Notes under the pieces: generated by a model
What the model was told of the DNA's origin: nothing
Database searches by the model: none
The model's input: the letters and a program-made list of their open reading frames with translations, nothing else
Translations under genes and position numbers: made by a program
In this document: in pieces, positions 1 through 8,267 of the stretch
Numbering within the stretch: position 1 is the stretch's first letter
Layout: each line of letters starts with the position of its first letter
Assembly (NCBI GenBank): GCA_031267755.1
Contig: JAIRYP010000014.1
Span: forward strand, 2,938-66,937
Direction: 5' to 3'
DNA: 64,000 bases
DNA from: Clostridiales bacterium
GTDB lineage: Bacteria; Bacillota; Clostridia; Monoglobales; JAIRYP01

Positions 1-735
1 CATATTATAAAGTTTAGGTGGTTTTTCAATCAAAAATAAAGCGGCTCTTATTGCGCCAACTGCAAAAATTTCTTTTGATGAAGCACAATGTTTGATTTCT
101 ATTATTTCGTCGTTTCCTGAAAATAGTACTGTGTGTTCGCCAACAATGCTTCCGCCTCTTATAGAATGAATTCCGATTTCATTTTTATTTCTTTTACTAT
201 TTGTTGATTTTCTGCCGTAGACAAGATTTATATCTTTAGAAAAGGTTTTTGATATAGCATCAGAAATAGCGTATGTTGTTCCAGATGGGGAATCTAATTT
301 TTGATTGTGATGTTTTTCGATTATTTCGATATCAAAGTTTTCGCCTAAAATTTTGCACGCACTTTTAACAAGTTCAATTAGAAGATTTATTCCAAGTGAC
401 ATATTTGAAGATAGGAAAAATGAAACTTTTTTTGAAGCCTCTTCGATTTTTTTATGTTGCAAATTTGAAAGTCCCGTCGTGCAAATTACTGCTGGAATTT
501 TTTTATCTATGGAATATCTTATAATTTCTTCAAGACTTGAGGAATTTGAAAAATCTATTAATACATCTGGTTTTTCAAAAATTCTTGAAAGATCATCATA
601 AACTGGAAATTTGTTCATTTTGTTTGGATTTTTATCAAATCCAGCAACTACTTCGCAAATGTTTGATTCGAATGCAATTTTCGAGACTGTCTGTCCCATC
701 TTTCCATTAGCACCGCAAATTAATATTTTGTTCAC
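1..735 (-). CDS. dapB: 4-hydroxy-tetrahydrodipicolinate reductase; the 3' end runs off the window start
   Basis: My reverse-strand translation from GTG (733..735) reads VNKILICGANGKMGQ...IEIIEKHHNQKLDSPSGT...IRGGSIVGEHTVLF. This shows the DapB NAD-binding N-terminus and the E-x-HH-x-K-x-D-x-PSGT catalytic motif. GGAG lies at 746..749. It is absent from the ORF track because it is open at the window edge. Confidence 0.9.
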   Translation of the reverse strand, partial: MNKILICGANGKMGQTVSKIAFESNICEVVAGFDKNPNKMNKFPVYDDLSRIFEKPDVLIDFSNSSSLEEIIRYSIDKKIPAVICTTGLSNLQHKKIEEASKKVSFFLSSNMSLGINLLIELVKSACKILGENFDIEIIEKHHNQKLDSPSGTTYAISDAISKTFSKDINLVYGRKSTNSKRNKNEIGIHSIRGGSIVGEHTVLFSGNDEIIEIKHCASSKEIFAVGAIRAALFLIEKPPKLYNM

Positions 736-831
736 GAAAATTCAACTCCAAAACAAAAAGTATGACAATAAGTATTGTATAGAAATTTATTAATTTCTTA
801 TAAATTATTAGTTTAAACTTAAATATAATGT

Positions 832-1734
832 TCAACCAATTTTATCTTCATGAATTTTAAAACCACATCTTTTCATTGACTTTTTGAGTTTCTCTAAATT
901 TTTTGTTTCCATTTCGCATAAAGGCATACGAAAATTTCCAACATCCATTCCTAAAATGTTCATTGCAGTTTTAATCGGAATCGGGTTTACTTCAATAAAC
1001 AACGTTTTTATTAAACCAAACATTTTTAAAAATTCTTCTCTTGAATCTAAAATATTTCCTGATATATAATTTTTGCATATTTCATGCATTTTAAGTGGTA
1101 GTATGTTTGCAACGACAGATATAACTCCTGCACTGCCAATTGACATGGCAGGAACTACTATGTCATCATTTCCCGCATATAAAATTAAATCTGTTTCTGA
1201 AGCAATATGCGCCAAAAATGCTAAATCTCCCGTTGCCTCTTTTATTGAATTAACGTTTGATAATTGAGAAAGTTTTTTAAGCGTTTCTATATTAAAACCA
1301 AATCCTCCTGTTCTACTTGGAATATTATAAAGAATAATTGGAATTTTAATTTTTTTCGAAATTGTTTCTATGTGATAATAAAGACCTTTTTGTGTTGTTT
1401 TGTTGTAATAAGGTGGTGTAATTAAAACGCCGTTTGCACCAGCTTTTTCAGCTTGTTTGCTGAGCGTTATTGCATAATTTGTGTTGTTGCTGCTTGTGCC
1501 TGCAATAATTGGAATTTTACCATTTGTTTTTTTTACTGCGAATTCGATTAAATTTTTTTGTTCATCTAAAGATAAAGTTGAGGCTTCGCCCGTTGTTCCA
1601 CAAACTATTATTGCATCTGTATTATTTTTTAATTGAAATTCAATTAATTCTTCAAATTTTTCATAATTTATCTCATTACCTTTAAAAGGAGTTACAATTG
1701 CGACACCGCTTCCTTCAAAAATTTTTTCTTTCAT
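832..1734 (-). CDS. dapA: 4-hydroxy-tetrahydrodipicolinate synthase
   Basis: 300 aa with the DapA/DHDPS motifs CGTTGEASTL, YNIPSRTG and IKEATG (Schiff-base Lys). It lies immediately upstream of dapB on the same strand and ends in TGA. Confidence 0.93.
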   Translation of the reverse strand: MKEKIFEGSGVAIVTPFKGNEINYEKFEELIEFQLKNNTDAIIVCGTTGEASTLSLDEQKNLIEFAVKKTNGKIPIIAGTSSNNTNYAITLSKQAEKAGANGVLITPPYYNKTTQKGLYYHIETISKKIKIPIILYNIPSRTGGFGFNIETLKKLSQLSNVNSIKEATGDLAFLAHIASETDLILYAGNDDIVVPAMSIGSAGVISVVANILPLKMHEICKNYISGNILDSREEFLKMFGLIKTLFIEVNPIPIKTAMNILGMDVGNFRMPLCEMETKNLEKLKKSMKRCGFKIHEDKIG

Positions 1735-1928
1735 ATAAAAGCACCCTCCGTTATAAAATTATATATTTATTGTGAATATAGAAATTAAAATAATTTAGCT
1801 CTATTAATATGTAATTAAAATAAAATTAAAACCTTATGATGATAGAATTAGTTTTTTAAAATTCAAAAAATTAAGTTTATTTATCTATTTATTTTTTATC
1901 AGCATTTGTAATATTAATCTTAAAAAAT

Positions 1929-2468
1929 TTAAAATATTTTTTTTAATATTTTGAATGTGAAAATTAATATAATAAAAATCAGGAGAAGAGTATAAAATTT
2001 ATTATCTAAAGTACTTTCTAAATTATTATCAAAAAATAAAAAAAATACTGCACCCAAATTAAAAGATAAGTGCAAAATGATTGGGCTTATTATATTATTG
2101 TATTTAATGTATACGCTACATAAAATTATTCCCATGAGCGTTGCATACATTATTAAAATTAATTCTTTATGAAGTATTCCAAATATTAGAGACGAAAAAA
2201 TAATTGCAAAATTTAAGTTAATTTTCCTCATAACATTAAACAAAAACTTTCTGCAAATTATTTCTTCCAAAAGCGGAGCAAGAATTGTACTTGAAAATAT
2301 AAAGTAAAATTTATGATTTGATATATTTTGAATATATATTGCATAGTTTGAAAAAAAATTTTCAGGTAAACTCAAAACTCTTGTGAAAAGTGTAATTAGA
2401 AAATTCAAAAATAAACCTAGTGTAAATAAGTAAAAAATATCCTTCTTGCTGAAAATTTTGCTATACAT
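1929..2468 (-). CDS. CPBP (CAAX/Abi) family intramembrane metalloprotease
   Basis: 179 aa and polytopic. It carries EEIICRKF (EExxxR), FGILH (FxxxH) and HLSFN (HxxxN). No clear RBS, so the start is uncertain. Confidence 0.75.
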   Translation of the reverse strand: MYSKIFSKKDIFYLFTLGLFLNFLITLFTRVLSLPENFFSNYAIYIQNISNHKFYFIFSSTILAPLLEEIICRKFLFNVMRKINLNFAIIFSSLIFGILHKELILIMYATLMGIILCSVYIKYNNIISPIILHLSFNLGAVFFLFFDNNLESTLDNKFYTLLLIFIILIFTFKILKKIF

Positions 2469-2527
2469 AAAATTTTTATTAAAATTATATTTTATATTTA
2501 TTTTGAATACCTATCTTATCTTTATTT

Positions 2528-2827
2528 TTAAACATTTAAAAGTCCAGAAAAACCCGTTATATCAAAAACTTCACGAATAGAACTGCTTAAATTAATTAAA
2601 AGCAGTTCCATTTGCTGTTTGTGCATTTTTTTTTGAGTTGCAACGAGCATCCGAAGAGCGGCGGAACTTATAGATGTAAGATTCTCTAAATTAATTTTAA
2701 TTTCTTTATTTTTTTCGGAAATTGATTCCTCAAGAATTTTTTCAAGTTCTTTAGAGGATTTAATATCCAGCTTTCCTTTAATTTCTATAAATGTCGAATC
2801 TCCATCTTGTTTTTTATTAAGTTCCAT
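2528..2827 (-). CDS. STAS-domain protein (SpoIIAA-like anti-sigma-factor antagonist)
   Basis: 99 aa. Length and pattern (FIEIKGKLDIKSS...LENLTSISSAALRMLV) are typical of STAS/SpoIIAA proteins. A GGGAGCGGGTG RBS precedes the ATG. No partner kinase or sigma factor is adjacent. Confidence 0.6.
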   Translation of the reverse strand: MELNKKQDGDSTFIEIKGKLDIKSSKELEKILEESISEKNKEIKINLENLTSISSAALRMLVATQKKMHKQQMELLLINLSSSIREVFDITGFSGLLNV

Positions 2828-2859
2828 ATTTTCACCCGCTCCCTCACAGTACCTTTATT

Positions 2860-4914
2860 TTAAAGATTTTGAACTGACCATGAACTTTGAAAAAAATCAT
2901 TTGATCCAAGTGCTCTACCAGAAGGTGGTTTTTCAATTCCAATTCCTAAAATTTTACTTTCATATTTTGCTAAAAAAGAATATACTCCCTTTTCTTTTAT
3001 AGATGCTGAAGTGCCATTTCTGTAGTTGTATCTTAATATTCCATAACTTTCATTTTTTTCCTCTTTAAGATTTTGCGGAATTTCTAAATTTTTATTTTCA
3101 TATTCACCTGCGTCAATTTCTTTTTCAATTACAGAAATGAAAATTTCGTTTTTATCTAAACTGATGGTCTCTTTATTTTTTTCGTTCCACCCGGGCACTT
3201 CATTATATTTTCTTTCACATATTTTTTTTAAACTGTAAGAATCAAAAATTTCAAATGTCTTACTTTTCTTTGTTATGAAAGCTCCATCGCCTGTTTGAAT
3301 ATTTAAAATATTGTTTGAAGAATCAGATTTTGATAATTCAAGTTCTTTAATTCCAACAAGTGCTTTGAGTTCAGTATGAACTTGTTCGCTCTCCTCGCCG
3401 TCACGAACATTTTCAACTGATACAAAATTGTCATTATTTACAAAATCGCTGCTTAATATTTCAAAATTTTCATCCTTAGAAATAACAGCCTTTAGCACAG
3501 GCTTATCAAAATCGAAAGTATTTATTATGAAACGTTTACGAAACGAGATATAATTTTTATTATATTCTTCAAATTCTTCTTGAGACATATCATCCGATTT
3601 CTTTATATCTTGTAATGATCCAAACTCTGATGAATGAACGTCTATTATTAAATTATTTGTTTCGGGTGATAAAAATACATCGTTTATTTTATTTGAAAAA
3701 AATGAAACAGGAATGCCTTCTCTTAAAATGTTTTGAAGTCCAACAAATTTACTTTTTCCTTCTAGAGCCACTTGATATTCTGCAATTTTACTTATTTCTT
3801 CTTCTTTTAATGAAATTTTTTCATCATTTATTTTTGCCACAATTTTATCAATGTCATCATTTTTAATTTCTTCTGGCAAATTATTTCTTATTTCTTTTTC
3901 AAGAGAACTAATGTAAAGAGAAAAATCTAAACCCATTTTATTTAAAAGAATTTTCTCATTAACTAAAATAGGTGTTTTCTTTGTATTTATTCCAGAGTCT
4001 AACTGAGAAGATAAATTTGCAAGTTTAAATTTTTCTATCAAATCTCCCGTTAACCCATTGACAAGAAATTTTGCGCCAGATTCTTCAATTATTTTTGTTG
4101 GGTCAAACTCTATTTTTGAATTATCTTTTTCTTTACTGCGAATTATATAGTAATAATTTTTTGTTTCTCTTTCATCTTCAGAAATTTTAACAAAAACACC
4201 CTTATTAATTTTTTTTGTAGAAATATTTTTTTGATAAATATGGCTTCCTGTTTTGTTATTGTTTTCATCAACTTCTTCTATTTCTTCATAAGGCCATTTC
4301 ATACCAAAGATTTCTTTTGTCTCATTATTCACTATATTAAAGGTTTTTATTTTATAAACGATCGTGTCTTTATAAGCCGTTACTTCTTCAAATTCTGGTA
4401 TTTTATTTCCCTGCTCGTCCAATTCATATTCATAAACGACATTACCCTTTTCGTCATAAACAATATTTCCGTTTTCAATCAACATTACCTGTTTGAAAGA
4501 TTGTTCACCTTTGTCATTTAATTTTTCTTTTTTCACATATATCGGATTTCCATGCTCATCTCTTAATGCGTCGCGAGAAGAATACTCGTAATAATGTTCT
4601 TTTGAATTTTTGTCAAAACCAATATTTTTGATAAAATATATATCTTCTTCAGCATTTTCAAGAGTCTTTTTTTTATAATAACCACTTTCTGTTAAATATA
4701 TTTGTTTTTCCTCATTAACATCTGTACTATCCAAAGGCGAAACATTAACGTTTATTACTTCATTTGTTTCTTTATCATCGGCGTTTTCGTCAGAAACAAA
4801 AACTTCTTCATCGCTTGGTGTATCATTATCATCTAATAATGTTGTGCAAGCATTTAAACCAAATATGGAAAAAACAAGCATAAATAAAATATAACTTTTA
4901 ATTAACTTTTTCAA
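2860..4914 (-). CDS. Large acidic lipoprotein of unknown function, last large gene of the T4SS-like array
   Basis: 684 aa. TTG start 8 nt after GAAGGAGG. The signal peptide ends in the lipobox FGLNAC. The mature part is Asp/Glu/Asn/Lys-rich. A few Y-x-Y-[DE]-x-x-G-N turns (VVYEYELDEQGNKI) resemble YD-type repeats. No catalytic motif recognised. Confidence 0.7.
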   Translation of the reverse strand: MKKLIKSYILFMLVFSIFGLNACTTLLDDNDTPSDEEVFVSDENADDKETNEVINVNVSPLDSTDVNEEKQIYLTESGYYKKKTLENAEEDIYFIKNIGFDKNSKEHYYEYSSRDALRDEHGNPIYVKKEKLNDKGEQSFKQVMLIENGNIVYDEKGNVVYEYELDEQGNKIPEFEEVTAYKDTIVYKIKTFNIVNNETKEIFGMKWPYEEIEEVDENNNKTGSHIYQKNISTKKINKGVFVKISEDERETKNYYYIIRSKEKDNSKIEFDPTKIIEESGAKFLVNGLTGDLIEKFKLANLSSQLDSGINTKKTPILVNEKILLNKMGLDFSLYISSLEKEIRNNLPEEIKNDDIDKIVAKINDEKISLKEEEISKIAEYQVALEGKSKFVGLQNILREGIPVSFFSNKINDVFLSPETNNLIIDVHSSEFGSLQDIKKSDDMSQEEFEEYNKNYISFRKRFIINTFDFDKPVLKAVISKDENFEILSSDFVNNDNFVSVENVRDGEESEQVHTELKALVGIKELELSKSDSSNNILNIQTGDGAFITKKSKTFEIFDSYSLKKICERKYNEVPGWNEKNKETISLDKNEIFISVIEKEIDAGEYENKNLEIPQNLKEEKNESYGILRYNYRNGTSASIKEKGVYSFLAKYESKILGIGIEKPPSGRALGSNDFFQSSWSVQNL

Positions 4915-4978
4915 TTACTAAATTCCTCCTTCTTTGCTTTTAACAAAGAATTTTCTCTTAATATTTTCGTATAATTGT

Positions 4979-5329
4979 TTAAGAAGTAATTTGAGTTACC
5001 CAATTGATAAGTGGTCCTAAACCGAGCTTAAGAACAGCAATCATAATAAAAATCATTATAAAACCGATTGCAGCATTTTTGAGGCTTCCTTTAGCTTTTT
5101 CTCGTTCTTGTTGTTCATCGGCTTTTGCAAATTTTACTCCAATGATAATGCAAAAAATTGCACCAATTGATCCAACGATAAAAAGAGCAGGAATCAATAA
5201 ACTATCAATTAATGCCATAATTGGATTTACTATGCTGCCCCAATCAATCACAGCATCACTTGAGCTTTGATTTATTGTACTTGCTGCTGCAAAAACATTT
5301 TCAAATTTGAACGGATTAAGTTTTAACAT
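4979..5329 (-). CDS. VirB2/TrbC-like pilin-type small membrane protein
   Basis: 116 aa. The architecture is a long leader, then TM1 (IPALFIVGSIGAIFCIIIGV), a charged loop (KFAKADEQQEREKAKGSLKN) and TM2 (AAIGFIMIFIMIAVL). This hairpin topology and size match T4SS pilin-like subunits, and the gene sits inside a VirB4/VirD4 cluster. Confidence 0.5.
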   Translation of the reverse strand: MLKLNPFKFENVFAAASTINQSSSDAVIDWGSIVNPIMALIDSLLIPALFIVGSIGAIFCIIIGVKFAKADEQQEREKAKGSLKNAAIGFIMIFIMIAVLKLGLGPLINWVTQITS

Positions 5330-5393
5330 AAAGCATCATCATTCCTTTTCTGTGAGTTTAATATGTGTTTTAAAAATTTTTGAATTTTGGTCT

Positions 5394-6596
5394 TTATCTT
5401 ATTACAATTTTCTTCTTTAAATATATTATATTTCCAACAATAATTGAAAAAATTGCCGCAACTATAAATATAAAAATATATAAATTGAAATGAATGCGGT
5501 AAATTACCTTGAAACTGTATTCTGAAGTGTTTCCTGCTTCATCGCTTGCAACAATGTTATAATTTCCACTATCAAAATAAGTATGTTCATATTTGCCTTT
5601 TTCTTGAAATATTTTTTCACCATCTTTTATAACAGTAATCATCACATCGTTTTCATCATTTTTCAAAGTTACGAATTTATTTGTGATATTTTCTGAAGAT
5701 AATCCAATCAGATCAATATGAGGACTTGCATCATCAATTATAAACGAATCCATGTAAATAATTTTTGTTTTTAAATCTTGAATTTCAAATCTGTACACAC
5801 CTTCCTCAGCAATTTTAAAAAAAATTGGATTATCAATTGAAAGTTTTTTGTTGTTTGAGTAAACATTTATTATTTCACACGAAAGGGGTGCGTTTATTAT
5901 GCTCAAATTATTCACTTTATGCTTTATTAATCTGAAAGTAAAAACTGTTATAAAATCTTTGAATTCAGTTCCATTTTCATTGTTATGAGGCGAATAAATA
6001 AACATTCTATAAGAACCATGCTCTGTTATTGCATCACCTGATATATAATCGAAATTTTCATCATCTTTTGTACAAAAATATTCAATACCACCTTCAAATT
6101 CAAAGTAAACATCGTGTGTTGTTACCATTTCTGACAAAATATTTGAGTAAAAAAATCTTTTATTTGGAAAAGAATATATATTTTTGTTTTTTTTAGAATC
6201 GAAACCAACTCTCAGACTATCACTTAATAAAGGTTTATTTTGTTGATTTTGTTCATAAATTTTTATTATATCATTTCTAAAGTTTCCAATACCGCTCTCA
6301 CTAATATTTTCTAAAATATTTTTTTCAATAGCATATTTTTTTACTGGTGTTTTACAACTTAAATAACAAATACTTTTATCATTATTGCAATTTTGTTGTT
6401 CTGAAATTTTATATTTTTTTTGCATGATATTGCATCGATTATACGTTTTTTTTATTTTTTCAAATTTACCAACTTTTGTTTCATCGCATAAAACATTATT
6501 TTTTGCATATAAACACATATCATGCGAATTTACAATATTGAAAAATGGAATAAAAGTTAAAAAAAACGTTATTGTAAAAATGAATTTTTTATGCAT
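5394..6596 (-). CDS. Membrane-anchored surface protein, paralog B (N-terminal signal, C-terminal TM anchor)
   Basis: 400 aa. GAGGT RBS, signal-like N-terminus (FFLTFIPFFNIVNS) and a C-terminal TM (IFIFIVAAIFSIIVGNIIYL). It shares FTFR[LI]IK, NAP, ITVIKD and DEAGN-x-SEYSF blocks with the protein at 15094..16206. D-x-AGN is typical of bacterial Ig-like beta-sandwich domains. Confidence 0.6.
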   Translation of the reverse strand: MHKKFIFTITFFLTFIPFFNIVNSHDMCLYAKNNVLCDETKVGKFEKIKKTYNRCNIMQKKYKISEQQNCNNDKSICYLSCKTPVKKYAIEKNILENISESGIGNFRNDIIKIYEQNQQNKPLLSDSLRVGFDSKKNKNIYSFPNKRFFYSNILSEMVTTHDVYFEFEGGIEYFCTKDDENFDYISGDAITEHGSYRMFIYSPHNNENGTEFKDFITVFTFRLIKHKVNNLSIINAPLSCEIINVYSNNKKLSIDNPIFFKIAEEGVYRFEIQDLKTKIIYMDSFIIDDASPHIDLIGLSSENITNKFVTLKNDENDVMITVIKDGEKIFQEKGKYEHTYFDSGNYNIVASDEAGNTSEYSFKVIYRIHFNLYIFIFIVAAIFSIIVGNIIYLKKKIVIR

Positions 6597-6647
6597 TCAT
6601 TACCTCGCACGCTTGAAGTATTTACTAATTTTTATTTGTTATAAAAC

Positions 6648-7097
6648 TTAAGAAGTTTTTGCATTTTCACTTTGGGGGCCAGCATGAGATGTTGGAAAGC
6701 TGGTCAAATCTGTGCTCCGAGAAGCTTTAGTTTCAATTTGTGATACGTTTACATTCGTTTTTTGGTGTTCATTTTGATTTTCGTTTTGATGTATATCTTC
6801 ATCAAAACTTTCTGTTGTAGGTGGCTGTGGTTCTTTTTTGGGAGCAGAAACTTTTGGTTGCTCTGAAACTGTTTCATATACTTTCTTTGCTGCAAAAATG
6901 CCACCGACAAAAGCAGCAACTCCAAGAACTCCGCTGATAATTCCAACACCAACAATAGCAAAAATAGCTGCTGCGACAAGAGTTAAAGCGAGAAAAGCTA
7001 ATATTCCTAAACCAACTCCTAGTACTTTTCTGCCAACATTTCCAGCGGTATCTTGTGCTCTATCTACAATACTTCTTTCTTCTCCTGGCCCACTCAT
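6648..7097 (-). CDS. Small Gly/Ala-rich two-TM membrane protein, unknown function
   Basis: The track ORF starts at 7115, but AAAGGAGG lies inside its first codons. The ATG at 7097..7095 (MSGPGEE...) is therefore the likely start. Two Gly/Ala-rich TM segments are followed by a polar tail. GC is locally elevated. Confidence 0.6.
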   Translation of the reverse strand: MSGPGEERSIVDRAQDTAGNVGRKVLGVGLGILAFLALTLVAAAIFAIVGVGIISGVLGVAAFVGGIFAAKKVYETVSEQPKVSAPKKEPQPPTTESFDEDIHQNENQNEHQKTNVNVSQIETKASRSTDLTSFPTSHAGPQSENAKTS

Positions 7098-7181
7098 AAT
7101 AATTCCTCCTTTCATATTTTATTAAAATTAAGAGTTTAAAATTGAAACAATTTCCAAACTCAATGCTAACTTTAAAACTCT

Positions 7182-7211
7182 ATCTTAACCTTGTTTGAGT
7201 TTTTTAGTCAA
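7182..7211 (-). promoter_or_regulatory. Candidate sigma-A type internal promoter of the T4SS-like array
   Basis: On the minus strand, TTGACT (7211..7206), an 18-nt spacer, then TAAGAT (7187..7182). It sits in the 243-nt gap between the SBP gene and the small membrane protein gene. Confidence 0.3.
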
Positions 7212-7340
7212 TAAATCTATTTCATGAAAGCTTTTAAATTATTTTTTGTTATAATTTAATATAAAAATATAATATTTAAAACTAAAAACAAGGAAAAATA
7301 ATAAATTTTAACAAATTTTAAAGATATTGTTTAGTCGATT

Positions 7341-8162
7341 TTATGACGACTCTTTAATCAGTTTATTACTATATAAATCTTCGTCCATATATTTTGTTCT
7401 TATTTCATCGAGAGAACCGTCTTTGATCATGTCTGTAATAGTTTCGTTTACCAATGATTGTAAGTCTTTGTTTGTTTTATGCATTAAAAATACATATTTT
7501 TCCTTTGGAGCATTTGACACAGTTTCTGCCTGTAATTCTTTATTTTTAATAAGTTCGAGTGCATGGTGTTCGTAACACAAAAATACATCAATTTTATTAT
7601 TAAGTAAATTTTCGGCAACATCATCAATTTTGTCATATTCTTCGGCTTTTTTAGCATCTTTATTACTTATGTCGACAGTTGATGAAACTATTTTTCTAAA
7701 AGTTTCTGCAAACTCATTTGTAGAAGCGACTTTTTTGCCCTTGAGCGAGCCAACAGTTGGGTAAGAAATTCCTCTTTTTGTTACTGAAAAAATACATGAG
7801 CTGTCGTAAGGGATTGAACACAAATAATTAATTTTTACACTTTCATCAATAGGAATACCGGAAACGGCGATGTCAGCACGTTTTGTTCCAACAATACTTG
7901 CAGCGCTTTTGTTTTCTTCTTCAATAAATTCAACTGTCAAATTGAGTTTTTTTGCTACTTCATTTATTATCTCGATGTCAATGCCAATATATTCTTCTTC
8001 AGATGAAGAAGGATTTTTAAAAACGTTTGGATAACAATTATCTTCAACTGCAACGAGAATTTTTCCTCTTTTATTAATTTCTTTAAATGAATTTGTTTTC
8101 CCGCATCCTAAAAGAAATATTAAAAATGCTGAAATTACTGTAGTAAAAAATTTTTTTTTCAA
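7341..8162 (-). CDS. Orphan family-3 (amino-acid type) ABC solute-binding lipoprotein
   Basis: 273 aa with lipobox FLLGCG. The body resembles polar amino-acid binding proteins (ILVAVEDNCYP..., ADIAVSGIPI...). No permease or ATPase genes are adjacent. TTG start followed by an A9 run. Confidence 0.7.
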   Translation of the reverse strand: MKKKFFTTVISAFLIFLLGCGKTNSFKEINKRGKILVAVEDNCYPNVFKNPSSSEEEYIGIDIEIINEVAKKLNLTVEFIEEENKSAASIVGTKRADIAVSGIPIDESVKINYLCSIPYDSSCIFSVTKRGISYPTVGSLKGKKVASTNEFAETFRKIVSSTVDISNKDAKKAEEYDKIDDVAENLLNNKIDVFLCYEHHALELIKNKELQAETVSNAPKEKYVFLMHKTNKDLQSLVNETITDMIKDGSLDEIRTKYMDEDLYSNKLIKESS

Positions 8163-8267
8163 ATTTTTAAACCCCCAAAATAACTTTTATCTTTTTTTAT
8201 ATTTTAAATATTAGAACTTAAATTTTAAGGCTTGGTTTCTAAATAGTGAGAATTATCGAAGTTTCTA

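Noticed and set aside
353-793. Track ORFs 353..601(+) and 611..793(+).
   Set aside because: They lie antisense to a clear dapB reading frame (1..735, minus). Their translations are low-complexity with no motifs. They are treated as shadow ORFs.
1735-1928. Looked for a lysine riboswitch (L-box) upstream of dapA.
   Set aside because: The leader is almost pure A/T. It has no AGAGGxGC start motif and no GC-containing helices.
6749-7125. ORFs 6749..6979(-) and 6838..7125(+), which overlap the small Gly/Ala membrane protein gene.
   Set aside because: They are alternative frames of a locally GC-rich gene. Only the 6648..7097 frame has a strong AAAGGAGG RBS and a coherent two-TM topology.
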